Assembly (NCBI RefSeq): GCF_009914755.1
Contig: NC_060938.1
DNA: 64,000 nucleotides
Direction: 5' to 3' (one strand)
Origin: the human T2T-CHM13v2.0 reference genome, Homo sapiens
In this document: in pieces, positions 17,066 through 30,420 of the stretch
Layout of the letters: each line of letters begins with the position of its first letter
How positions within the stretch are numbered: position 1 is the stretch's first letter
Notes under the pieces: generated by a model
Database searches by the model: none
Told to the model about the DNA's origin: nothing
What the model saw: the letters and a program-made list of their open reading frames with translations, nothing else
Program-made: the position numbers and the translations under genes

Positions 17066-17962
17066 GACCCCAGGGCTCCTCTGATCCTTAGCCCCGGGAA
17101 GGACCAGGGGTAGAGACAGGGACCCCAAACCAAGACTGAGAACAGTGTGCAAAATCAACATGAAACTCCATTTTAGGAAAACAAAGTAAGTAGCATTTCC
17201 GGTGCGCCTGAGGTTATGGACTGAGGTTTGAGGCTGTTGCATGGGGGCCTTGTGATTTGGGCTGGAGGAAAGTTGTGCCCTCTTGGGCCCTGCTGGCCAC
17301 ATCTCTGGTTCCTGGGTTGGCGTCATCTGTGACTGCTGGGGCAGTGTTGAAGGGCCAGTATGTGAGTGGCCACTGTGTCTGCCGCCCCAAATTAATATTT
17401 GATGGTGTTGAATCACTTTCTTCTGAGACAGAGAAAGAGGCCATCACACATGGGTAATAAGATGCGCTGGGCTGTTCAGCGCAGTCGGGGCCTGAGGAGG
17501 TTGACGGCACTGTGAATAATTCATCCGCCTGTAATGATTTTCTAGCCCTTGCGTCCCTCTTGGCCAGAGACAGCCTGACCTGCCCTCCCCTGCCCTGGCA
17601 ATCCAGCCCAGTGCCTGGTCACTCTCAGTCACACCAACCTGAGAGTGAGAGGCACACGCTCCCCCTAGCTGGGTGGTCTGGGACTTGGCCTCGGTTTCCC
17701 CAGCTGCACCAGCAAGAGAGCTGTGTGCCTTGCTCCTACACAGGAGGTACAGAGAGGCCAAGTGCTGTGGCACTGACCCTGGAGTTGGCACCACCCATGT
17801 GCTGTGTGACCCTGAGCACCTCTCTGGACCTTGGTCTTGTTACTCTGTACAATGGGGACAGGAGCACTTGCCACCCTGCCTGTCTCACAGGGTCTTATTT
17901 CTGCTGTTTTGGTTGGACATTCCTGGTATGAGGTATAGTGTCAGCTGTATTCATTTAGTCTG

Positions 17963-18262
<300 letters not shown>

Positions 18263-18659
18263 TGACCTCAGTGTGCTGGTCGATGCTGTCCTCACTGAGT
18301 GGGTGGCATCCCAGTGGCAGAGACAGGAAGGGGCAGGGGACTGACCAGGAAACAGATGTCTACACTGTGAATGAGTGAGAACAGCCAGGGAGAGCACAAG
18401 AGGCTTGGGGTGGAACTGCAGAGCAAAGAGGAGGCGATGAGCTTGGCCAGCGAAGGTCTGAGAAGACTGCCTGGAGGAGGGAGCTGTAAAGCTAATGACT
18501 GTGGGAACAAAACATGCACAAGGTGTTCACCATAACAGCAATAGCCACGGTAACGTGCTGCAATACAGCACTAATGGGGTGCAATGTCTCCCACTTTCCC
18601 CCCATCCTACTAAAGGGAACCTTCACGTTTAAAAAATCGTTCTTTATGCATATTTGGAT

Positions 18660-19200
18660 TAAACCCCTCCAGGGACTTTCTACTGACTTCAAATAACATC
18701 TGCTCTGGCCTGCAAGGCCCCCATCCTCTGTCCCTTGTCTTATCTCAGACCTATTCTCTACCACTTCCTCCTCCTGTTTTCCTGGAACTCCTGGTCTTCT
18801 TTCTGTTGCACAAAAAGGCCAGATCAATGCTCACCTCGGGGCCTTTGCAATCGCTATTTCTGCACCAGGAATGATCCCTCCGCCCCGGTCTTTCCTTGCA
18901 CTTCTTCAGTCTCAGCTCAAACGTCACCTCCACACAGAGGCCTTCCTTGAACACCCCCCAGAGTTGCTGCCCACTCCCAGCCATGGCCACTGCGTTGAAT
19001 TGCCCTTTTAACTTTGCTTCACAGTTCTTAACACTATAGGACATTTTCTAGTGCAGCCACATCTTTGCCTGTGACACTTTGCCTAGTGACTGTCTATCCC
19101 CCTTGGTTGTAAACTTGCCAGGACAGAGACCATGCACCTCTGATGGCTGTATCTCGGGGTGCGGTGACCGGCACACAGTTACCTCTTAAGGAGAACTTAT
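18660..19200 (+). mobile_element. L2 LINE fragment
   Basis: cacctcggggcctttgcaatcgctatttc...tctcagctcaaacgtcacctccacacagaggccttcc. Confidence 0.75.
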
Positions 19201-19252
19201 TGCAGTTGAAATCATTCTAAGCCATGCCCTAACTTCCTGGTTTTCAGCTCAG

Positions 19253-19868
19253 TGTAGCAGCCAGACTCCAGACAGCAGACAGAATCCACACAGTAATCTG
19301 ATCAAGGCAAGTTGATAGATTATTGATTATAACGGGGCTCTGCAGTAATGAGGGACTGGGCAGTAAGGAGTGAAGGGAACTTGAAAGAACCTAGCGGTTG
19401 CAGGCATAAGGAGCAGTTGCTACCCCAGTTCTGAGATACAGCAGCCAAGGAAGACCCTCCCCCGACCAGGGCTCAGTGGGGAGGGCACAGCTGTGGCTTA
19501 GTGGATGTGGCTGTGGGCTGCACCAACAGAGCTTGCTGGAAATCCACCCTTTAGGGTGCTGGGGAGGCTGTTCATGAGGAGATATCTGCTACAAACCCAC
19601 CCTAGAGAGAGCAGAGGGAAGCTGCCAACTGCGTTCACCGCACTGCTGGAGAGGCCGCCCACACTGCAGGAGTCTGCCCAGCCACCGCCCAGTACCAGGA
19701 GGGAAAATCCCTGCCTCCTGTCCTGTCTCTCCAGCGCCCTCTGCTGACAAAGCTTAATGTGGTGTCGACAGGCAAAGAAAATCACAAAGGCACCAGCTCA
19801 TTTTTTAATACAACAGCCAATGCAGGGCAGATTCGGAGCTGGGAGACAATAAATTGATAACTGGCACG
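19253..19868 (-). mobile_element. 3' LTR of an ERVL-type provirus (LTR78-like, subfamily uncertain)
   Basis: Ends ...gacaataaattgataactggcac next to gtccaccccttt, whose reverse complement AAAGGGGTGGAC is a polypurine tract. Confidence 0.6.
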
Positions 19869-20127
19869 GTCCACCCCTTTGGCTACTCACCTTCCATGTG
19901 TACTACACACATTTGGACTCCTGTACAGCAGCAAAACATCTTTATATCTCCACCTAACAAGATGCAGCTACAGATCTTACCCATGACAGTTTCTGCCCTC
20001 TCTCTGAAACGAGGAGACATGCAGTCCAGCAGCCAGTGTTTCTGTCACTGACTATGTGAATTACTCCTCAAATTCATTTGCATTTCCACTAAATATTTTA
20101 TTACCTACACACTAAACTGTGAAGTTA

Positions 20128-20483
<356 letters not shown>

Positions 20484-21712
20484 TTAGCCTCTACAGATAA
20501 GTATGTACATAAAACAAACAAGTAGAAAATAGCTACTATGGGACTCATTTCTGTAAGGTAGTTGTGAGGTTAGAATTGATATCAATGGCTTCCTTCTTCA
20601 ACTACCCATTCTACACTTCCCCTGTCCTTAGCCAGAACCTCAGCTGGCCTCTAACTAGTGGAGTGAGCCTAGTCTCCCTTCATGAAGGCTGTGAGTCCTC
20701 TGTCACCATGCACGTTTTTGGTTGCTGTACTTTTCCATTAACCATTTGCTAGGATCTGAATGTTTGCAAAATCCATACTTTAAAATCCAAAACCCCTACT
20801 AGGTGATGGTATTAGGAGGTGGGGCCTTTGAGAGGTGAGCGCTCCTCACGGGTATTAGTGCCCTTACAAATGAAATCCGGAGAGCTAGTTTCCCACTCCC
20901 ACCACGTGAGGATACAGCAAGAAGATGTTGTCTAGGAGGAATCAGATCTTTACCAAACACCAAATCTGCCAGTCCCTTGATCTTGTACTTATCAGCCTCT
21001 AGAGCAATGGGAAATACATTTCTGTTATTTATAAGACACTTAGTTTATGGTATTTTGTTATAGCAGCCAAGATGGGCTAAGACAGAAAATTGTTATGGAG
21101 AAGTAGAGGTGCTGCTGTAACACATACCTAAAAATGTGGAAGTGGCTTTGAAACTGGGTAATGGGTACAGACTGCCAAGAGTTTTGAGGTGCATTCTAGG
21201 AAAAACCTGCATTGCTGTGAGTGGATCATAAGGTGAATTCTAGTGAGGGCCCAGACGGGGAGGAGCAGAGCTGCAGAAAAAGCCTCCAGCTTCTTAGAGA
21301 ATACCTAAGCAGTCATTAACAGAAGGTTGGTAGAAATATGGATGGCACAGGCCATTCCGATGAACTCAGACAGAAGGTGAAATGTATCATTGGACAAGGA
21401 AGGAAAGGCCACCCTTGTTACAAAGTACAAAGAACTTGGCTGAATTGTGTTCATGTTCTAGTGTTTTGCGGAAGGTAGAGCCTGTGAGCAATGAAATTGG
21501 ATATTTGATAGAGGAAATTTCTAAGCAAAGTGTTGAAGGTGTAGCCTGGTGTCTCTTGACTGCTTATAGTAAAAAGTGAGAAAACAGAAATGATTCAAAG
21601 ACAGAATTGTCAATCAAAAGAGAAGCAGAACTTAAACAGTTGGAAAATTTTCAGCCTATCCATATTGGAAAAAATGACAAAACATATTGGAGAGAGAACA
21701 AGGATGTGGCTA

Positions 21713-22062
<350 letters not shown>

Positions 22063-22142
22063 ATAAGTATGGGTTGGCCATCTCAACAGAAGCCAGGATC
22101 TATTCATTAAGACAACAGGAGAGATTAGTCAACCATCTAAAC

Positions 22143-22364
22143 CAGGGGTGTCCAATCTTTTGGTTTCCCTGAGCCACATTGGAAGAAGAACTGTTTTGGG
22201 CCACACATAAAATGCACTAACACTAACCATTGCTGATGTACTAAAAAAAATTGCAAAAAAAAAAAAAATCTCATAATGTCTTAGGAAAGTTTATGAATTT
22301 GTGTTGGGCTTCAAAGCTGTCCTGGGCCACATGAGGCCCATGGGCCATGGGTTGGACAAGCTTG
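22143..22364. mobile_element. MER30 DNA transposon with 8-bp TSD ATCT(A/G)AAC
   Basis: caggggtgtccaatcttttgg...gggttggacaagcttg; an 8-bp duplication is typical of hAT elements. Confidence 0.9.
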
Positions 22365-23401
22365 ATCTGAACAGAAGCCAGAACCTGTTGTCCAAAATGA
22401 TGGAAGAATTGGGGTCTGTCCTTTCCCTCACAGGCCCAGAGTACTAGGCCCTGGAGGGCAGAATGATATCAAAGGAGGGGCCACCGCCACTGCCATACTG
22501 TATGGCAGCTTCCATTTCCCTCCATGCATTCCATTGCTGAGCTCCTTATCCACCCCAGCTGTGGCTTCTGCAGGCCCTAGTGTGGCATACACTGTGCCCA
22601 GCAAAGCTGTAGAGGCTTGGCTGCCTCCCTCTAGATTTCAAAGGATGCCCCAAGGGGCCTCAGGGCCCAGAGAGAGAAACACTGCAGGGACAAGACCATC
22701 ATAGACAGCCCCTACCAGAATAATACCCACCATAGCCAGGGGTGGGACCATCTCCACAAACCCAGATCAGCAGAGCCATTGGAATGTGATTCTAACCTGG
22801 GAGTGTCACAGGCATGAAATCCCAACCTGTGAGACCTGTAGTATGGGGTGTGCCCAGCACAGCCATGGGGGCAGGGCCACCACCACTGTGTGTCCAACAG
22901 GCAGGATCCCCACCCCAGTGAGTCTGGAGGGCAGATCACCAAGCCAAAGCAGATTATTTCTGAGCCTTAAGGTTTCTGGTCTTGGCCGGGACCTGTCACT
23001 CCTTCCTTCTTTCCTATTTTTCCGTTTGGGAATGGGAATGTCTAGCCTATGCCTGTTCTACCATTGTATTTAGGAAGCACATAACATGTTTGATATCACA
23101 GGCTCCCAGCTGGAGAGCAATTTGCCTCAGAATGAATCATACCTTGGGTCTCATCCATATCTGATACAGATGATATTTACATGAGACTTTGAACTTTAGA
23201 CTTTTGAGTTGATGCTGGAACAAGTTAAGATGTTTTGGGCAATTGGGATGGAATGAATGCATTTTGCATGCAAAAAGCACATTAAATTTGGGAGGCCAAG
23301 AGAAAAATGCTATGAAGTGAATGTTTATGTCCCTCCAAAATTCATATGCTGAAATCTTAGCCCCCATGGTGGCGGTGTTAGGTGATGAGACCTTTGGGAG
23401 A

Positions 23402-23794
23402 TGCTATGGTTTAAATGTGTCTCCCAAAGTTTGTGTCTTGGGAACTTAATACCCAATACAACAATGTTGGGAGACAGTGTCTGATAAAAGGTGATGAGGT
23501 CATGAGGACTCTGCCTTCATGAATGGATTAATGTCATTATTGTGGGAGTGAGTTAGCTATCATGAGAGTGGGTGTGTTATAAAAGTGAGTTTGGATCCCC
23601 TTCCTCCCTCACTCTTGCCCTTGCTCTTCTGCGTTCCACCATGGGATGACACAGCACGAAGGCCATCACCAGATGCTGGCGCCATGCTGTTGGGCTTCTC
23701 AGCCTTTAGAACCTTGAGCCAAATACCTTTCTGTTTATAATAAATTACCCAGTCTGTGACAGTCTGTTATAGCAACACAAAATGGACTAAAACA
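23402..23794 (+). mobile_element. MST (MSTB-like) solo LTR with TSD GGAGA
   Basis: tgctatggtttaaatgtgtc...taaattacccagtctgtg...atggactaaaaca; GGAGA at 23397 and 23795. Confidence 0.9.
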
Positions 23795-25573
23795 GGAGAT
23801 TAGATGATGAGGGCAGAGCCCTCATGACTGTGATTAGTGCCTTTATTTAAAAAAAAAACCCCAGAGTGCTCTTTATCCCTCTCACCATGTGAGAACACAA
23901 CGAGAAGGTGCTGTCTATGAGGAAGCAGGCCCTCACCAGACACTGAATCTGCTGGTGCTTTAATCTTGGACTTTCCAGGCTCCAGAACTGTGAGAAATCA
24001 ATTTCGGTTGTTTATAAGCCATTCAATTTGTGGTATTTTGTTATAGCAAACAGGCTAACACACCATTACTATTGGTCACAGGAGAACTAAGAGAGGTACC
24101 CTGGAGAATCCTCTGCGTTTCAGATACTTTCCTCCCTGTCCTCATTGTGCAGCAGCAGCCCAGTTTCCCCTTGCTAATCAGGATCAATCACTCCAGTGAG
24201 TAGAGTCATTTCTTTCCTTTTCTTTTTGTGTTGATTCAGTGGCTTAAGGAGTCCAAAGCAGCCAGGTGATAGCCTCATCTTCCAATTCAGAGAAACCATT
24301 GCTGTGTCTGATGGTGGCAGGGTTCCACCTGACTTCTGAACAGTACAAACTGGGAAGCTCCATGGAGTGTGGTAGGTATGAACACCTCTGCTTCTTGTAA
24401 GTGACATTAATCTCTCAAATTCCCCTGGGATAAAGTATAGCTTCTGGTTCACTCACTTGGATGGAAGTGGAAGTTTCAGGGATTTCCACTAAGTTCTTCT
24501 TGTGATAATGGCCCTCACCACATGGGTCACAGAGCCAATGCAGGGATGCTGACAGTTGCTAAGTATGTCTCCTCCAATTATACATTTAAGAGCTAGACAG
24601 ATAACCACTAGTGGGGATGGGGTCCATGGACCAACTGGGCCTACTGTGAACCAGACCTGAGTTAAGACTCCATCTATCATCTTCCCACTGTCCACCTCCT
24701 TTTAGATTGCTGGGGCATAGTGGAATTTTGGGCCCTCAGGAATTAGTGTTAGTTCAGAACCACTGTCTAGCAATCCTCAAACCATCTAGGCATTTCCTTC
24801 CCCTGTTGCACACTCCCTGTAGTAAAAGGCCACAGGTCCCCCTGGAAATGGCTTGGAGGAAGGTTGACAGTGTGCTGTCATGCTGGCCTCCGTTCAACCA
24901 AGTCGCCCAGGGTCTGTGCATTTGCTGAGATCTGGAAGTTGGGTAAGAAGCCATGATTCTTCATTGCAACAACTCAAGTCAGACTTGAGGCTACCAGGCC
25001 TTGCGCTCTCCCGGTTGTGTTTCCTGTTTAAACTAAGGCTGTAGCAGGCTGCCCATCTCTTTCTTCCCGGGGACACCATGATGAATTAGCCACCACCAAA
25101 GATCTGTGTGGGCCAAGGCATGTTGATTGCTTGTGCGTCCCTGCTGTCCGTGATGCTGGATGTACCCACTTTGTCTTTGGCAGTGAAGTGATGATGCCAC
25201 TTGGCTTCTGCCGCTCTGCAATCTCATCATTCCCACTGAAATCAGGGCATGCAGCTCGGTGGCAGCATCCCCTGCTGTCATGCCTGGTCTAAAAAGGACT
25301 GCAACCACAGAGATTTTCAGGGATGCAGGCGTGCCGCTCACCACTGTATTTTTCAATTCCTCAGTGAAGGAAGCGTCTCCTGGGCCCTCTTGCAGAACAT
25401 AGTAGAGGGATGGGTGTGCAGGTTTCACCTGATAGATCCAGCCCAGCATTCCTATCCTCTAAGCCTTTCGGTTCCCTCCTCCGCCTCATGCCAGGGAAGC
25501 TCTGTCATCTCAATCTCATTACCTGAAGGTCACGGGTGAGTCCAAGCTTTAGTCAAGAACCAGCCAAATAATC

Positions 25574-26127
25574 TGTTAGATCCACCTTCTGCTGGTGGCA
25601 GGAAAACTTCCAATGATCCCTGTCTCCTGCTGTTCATTCCTTTATGTAACTCCCTTCCTTTGAGTATAGGTGGGCTTGTGACATGCTTCGAACCAACAGA
25701 ATATGACCAAGCTGATGGGCGGTCACTGCTGTGATTAGCTTCTGTAAGGTGGTAGCAGGCTCTCAGTTGCCTTCTCAGCATGCAGGCTTTGATAAAGTAA
25801 GTGACCATGCTGAAGAGGTCCATGAGGGCAGCCTTCAGCCAGGGCCACCTAGTAACTGAGGCCTTCAGCCCAACAGCCTGCAGGGAACTGACTCCTGCAA
25901 CAACCTTGTGTGCCTGGAAGTGGATGGTTTCCCAGGGAACCCTTCTGATAAGACTGCAGCTCTGGCTGACACCTGGATTGCTGCCCTATGAGAATCCTGG
26001 CCCAGAGGAGCCACGTCAGCCATGCCCAGGTTCCTACCCCATAGAAGCCATGAGATTAAAAGTGTGTGCTGTTGTAAGCCTTGAAGTTTGTGGTAATCTG
26101 ATACATGGCAATAGATGATTAATGCAT
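25574..26127 (+). mobile_element. MLT1E/F/G-type solo LTR inserted in ERVL gag
   Basis: cccttcctttgagtataggtgggcttgtgac...gaagtttgtggtaatctgatacatggcaatagatgattaatgca. Confidence 0.75.
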
Positions 26128-27199
26128 AGTTACACAAACTAGCACATTGGATTCAGATTTTCTAGTAAGTGCAACTATGCCAAAACATTTGGCCTGGTCT
26201 AATGTTGTATTAATATTTCTCCCTCTGTGATCTAACACCCTTAGAATCCACTCTGCACGTGGTACCCAGGTTTCTGCCCACATATATAAGCAAAGTCTTG
26301 TAATTCTTTTGGTGGTAAAGTGTGTACTTGCCCCTGCAGCATGCTGGGATTGGAGCCCAGCTGTGGGTCTAGTGGCAACAGGGTGGCTGCGATGGATCTC
26401 GAGATGAATGGGCACCTCCTTCCAGGGCATCTGCCCTGGGTGAGTTTATCCCATGGTTTTCAAGCAGAGGAGAGCCAGTCTCTTCTGACATGAGATGGGT
26501 AGCTGCCTCCACTTGCAAAGGAGGCTCCGTGTGACTTGGGGACTCAAGATTGACGGTCTTATTTGGATCCAATCAGATGTTTTCATTCCAAGTTTTGAGA
26601 TCTGATTCTTCACTAATCAGGGCTCTAACTTTCACATGAGAAACTTGTTGAGCGCATGAATTCAATTGTTATACCTCAGCAGCCTGCACAATTAAAGCTT
26701 GTGTCTGATTTTCATCAGCATCAGCCCTGCAGCTAAATGAAATAAGAGCCTCTTTTACAGCTGTCACCGAAGCTCGCTGGTTCTCAGACTGTGACTTGAG
26801 CTGAAGGCTAACGGATCCAAGCTTTTCATTTTCTCTTTGTAAGAGCTTGCGTACGCTCAAAAGAATCCACACCTCACCAAAATGTTTATAGTCATCGTTA
26901 CTGCCATAATGGTCAAGTTCAGGAGCCACGTGGGTTCCTTAGGAGCCACTTCATCGCAATCAATGGCAGATGATAGTTGATTAATGGCAATGCTGCTGCA
27001 TATGGGGGTCACTAACATCCCGTTTCCCATTGGCAAGGAGCTCAGCTTTGTGTTCAAGCCCAAAGGCATGACCAAACCAATCCCCACATCCCATCCATCA
27101 CCTGGAACCACTCTTGGTACCAATTTTATGTCAGTCAGGGTACATCTGCCCACCTCCCACAGCCTTTAGCTGTGGTCCCCACGCAGCCTGTGGGGCGTG

Positions 27200-27720
27200 C
27201 AGATGATGTGGCTCCCTGTGGATGAGAAAATGGAGGCTTGGGGAGGGGAAATAGTCTCCAAGATCACCCAGTGAAGACACCTCTGAGTCGGAGCTTGAAC
27301 CCAGGTCTCTGGGCTACAAATTTGGCGCTCTGGCTGCTGGGAGACACTGCCTCCTGGTGGCCGCCCTGGCCACAAACAGCTGGGGATGGAGTTCTCGGGT
27401 GGCTTCGAGCAAATTTCCCCGGGGGCGGCCACATCCCACGCAGCACACACACCAGCGAGCCTCTTCTCACCCTGGCTCCCCGCTCCTCTAGGAGCAACTT
27501 GGGGAATTCCTACACATTTAATCCCTACTGTGCGCTAAGTAGCGAAGATGGTCGTTCCATGTCACCCTCCCTGCAACCTTGCAAGGTGGGTGCTATCACC
27601 CCCAACTAAGCAGGGTGGAGGCGACAGCGGAGAAAACGAGGCTCAGAGAGGCAGAGACTTGTCCAAGGCCACATAGTTGGAAGGCACCAATGTGGGGGCT
27701 TGAATCAAAACCAGAGGAAA
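27200..27720 (-). mobile_element. Two MIR fragments
   Basis: gatgagaaaatggaggcttggg... and gaaaacgaggctcagagaggcagagacttgtccaaggccaca. Confidence 0.65.
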
Positions 27721-28489
27721 GATAGGCCCAACATTCCTGTCCCTTGGCTCTGGGAGCCCCCGTGGAGGCAGAGATGAGTGCAGGAGTGGGTGCAGAGGTT
27801 GGCTCCTCAAAAGAATGCCAGTCCAGGCTGGGTAAACGATGGGTGCTCTGAGCGGTGGGGGGTTTCCCTCCTGCTGTGGGGCTTCCTGAAGGAATCGTGG
27901 TGGGAAGCAGGGGTTCCCCTTCAAGGGGGCAGGGGAGACACTCTGGAGTGACATTTGCCACCCACCACTCTGTAATGATCAGAGTGGGAGTAAATGGAGC
28001 TGGGCCTCAGAGTAATTGGCCGGGGAACCCTGAGTCTCGGCTCGGCCCAGGGTCACAAAGGTCCCCGAGTTAATGAAGCAAACTCTCCCCAGTGTCAGAG
28101 GCCGCCTTCAGCACCCCTACAGAGGACGAAACTTTCAGCAGCAGCTTTTCAAGGTTCCAAAAAGAAAGTTGGTGGAGGGGGGCAGAAAGGGAAGGCGTTG
28201 TTTTCATGCCTCTTGCTTCATTTGCATAAGGTGAAAAAATGTTTCCATAGAAACAACTAGAGTCTGTAATTTTTGAATAACGATTTCTGCACACAGCACA
28301 ACCTGTCTTTTCCAAAGGGGAATTAAGAAATTCTCAACAGCATTTCTTACCATAACAAAAGGCAAAGTTTCCCAATTCTAGGATTGCTGCTCCAGAAGGG
28401 AGGGCCTTGGCTCCAGCCCCTGCCCTCTCTCGGCCTCAGTTTACTCCTTCTGTGAAATGGGGCGAATGAGGGTGGAATTAGACTCAGCA

Positions 28490-29060
28490 GGGATGAAGCC
28501 GCCTGCACCGTGGAAGGGGAGGGCGGGCGCTGGAGTGAGATGGGATTCCTGTGTCGGGGCTGGGAGGCAGCAGGGCCGGGCAGCGTTGTGAGGAGCTTTC
28601 CAGAAGAGGCGGGGGCAGGGGCTGAGGACCCGAGGACCACCCAGGCCACACGGAGAGGCCCCCGCCCGACCCTGCCCCCCGGGGTCTCCTCTGCGGCGAA
28701 GAGCGTGGGTGCAGGACCCCGGCGCGCAGCGCAGCGCAGCGGACCCGGCTCACCTGAGCGAAGGCTGCGGCCTCGCTGGCCGCCTCTGCCCCCTTGTGGC
28801 CCGAGGCCACCGCAGCACCCACTTGCCCGGGGCACTGACCTGCGTGGCTGGCTCCGCCAGGTCCTGACCTCCCTCCTGGTGCCTTTGCAGAGGGGGAGCA
28901 GCCACAGGGCCTGGGGGTGGGGTTGGGCTGGGAGAGGGACCCCAGGATCCTCTGGCCACCTGCCCTCCTCCCAGGCGTTGGCACACGTGGTTCCACGGAG
29001 GGGCTCCCTGGGGCATCTCGGGAAGTGCAGATTCCCGGGCCTGCCTCTGCAGGTCTGACT
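28490..29060. promoter_or_regulatory. Small CpG island / GC-rich regulatory element
   Basis: Sharp local rise in CpG (ccggcgcgcagcgcagcgcagcgg, cccgcccgac) and GC boxes (gggcggg) in non-repeat sequence. Confidence 0.7.
28784..28802 (-). promoter_or_regulatory. Candidate CTCF site
   Basis: Minus strand GGGCCACAAGGGGGCAGAG matches the core CCASYAGRKGGCRS at 13 of 14 positions. Confidence 0.55.
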
Positions 29061-30396
29061 CAGGAGGCCAAGAGGTGACGGCTAAAGTGGAGAGGACCAC
29101 AGCGAGGCCTGCAGAGGGTAACGTGGGGGACTTGTCTGCTCCCCCATATTACAGATGAGAAAACTGAGGCCCTGCGTGGGGGGCCCCCCCTGTCCGTGGC
29201 TTCCCACCAAGGAGGCCCTGCATGTTCTGTCCATCCTCTGACTGCTCAGCGACCAAGGCAGCTGGGTGGTGGTCCGGGTCTGTGGAGGACGGTAACCGGG
29301 GGCTGTTGTCCTTGGAGTCCCGGTCTGCCTGTATTTATCCTCCTCATTTAACTGAGGGCTGATTATTGTGCTGGGACTGGAGCTGGGCAGGCAGCAGTGC
29401 CTGGTGTCTCTGGCTTAATTACAGCTGGAGGAGACGGGAGCAATGAGGCGTGAGCTGCTGGTGACTCCAACACAGGAAACGCTCCTGCAGACGTCCTTCC
29501 CTCCTCATTTTTAAGAAATACATGTACAAAGCCTCCCCGATTGAAAAATAATGACCCCACTGGATGGTGACTTTTTGGGGGGCAGCAGGGTCTGCCCTCA
29601 GCCTAGCTTCTGGAGCCCCTCCTCACTCTGGTGCTCTCCCCTTTAGCCTCCATCTCCTGACCTCCTCCCTCAGCAGGCTTCCGACTGTCCCCTGGGCTCC
29701 AGATGGCAGGGATGGGTTTGGAGAGGTGGCACTGTGAGGTGTGGGGAGGCCTGGCTCCTGCTGGTGGTCCTGAACAGAGGCTGCCATTAGGGTTACAGGT
29801 GAGACAGATGGGCACAGATGGGCAGAGCCGATGGCTCTGGAAGTTCAGGGGGTGGCCCAGGGTGGCCCATCTTGCTGGGGCTGCAGTTTCCCTGGGCAGC
29901 TGGATGTTGGCTGGCAGCACTGGGCAAAGAGGAGACAGAAGCACAGAAACGGAATCAGGCAGCCCAGCCCAGCCCTCTGTGTCCTGCTGCAGGATAGCCT
30001 CCAGTCAGGTAAAACAGGTGGTGGCTTCAGGACTTGCACAGACAGAGCATGTGCTATGTCACTGGGAAGGAGCTCACCGGGAGACAGATGGGGCCTTGGG
30101 AAAGCGGGTTCCTGCTGTGGAGCCTCAGTTTCCTCATCTGTGACACGGGGCTTTGGTGAGGGTTGCTGTGAGAATGAAGAGTGAGTGATTTGTGAACAGC
30201 CAGCTCACGGCTGAGAGGTGGAGAAAGAAGATGGGGCTGTTCTCTTCCCCAGCTGGAGTCTTGGAGGACAGCAGCTGCCCAGAGGAAATGGAAAGTTAGG
30301 TCCGAAGGCTGCTTTGAAATGGTTGGAGGCTGGTTACCCTGAACCCAGCTCTGGTTTGGCTGCTATCAGCTGGCTCACTGGTGAAAACCTCAGCGC

Positions 30397-30420
30397 TTTT
30401 TTTTTTTTTTTTTTTTTTTT
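30397..30420. repeat. T24 mononucleotide run
   Basis: Direct read; no adjacent Alu body. Confidence 0.9.

Noticed and set aside
25033-25449. ERVL gag ORF as a domesticated gene
   Set aside because: Only a 138-aa fragment; gag is split by an MLT1 LTR and neighbouring frames have stops and frameshifts.
28347-29100. Overlapping 116-182 aa ORFs at the CpG island
   Set aside because: Expected from high GC content; low-complexity G/P/R/A composition and no recognisable domain.
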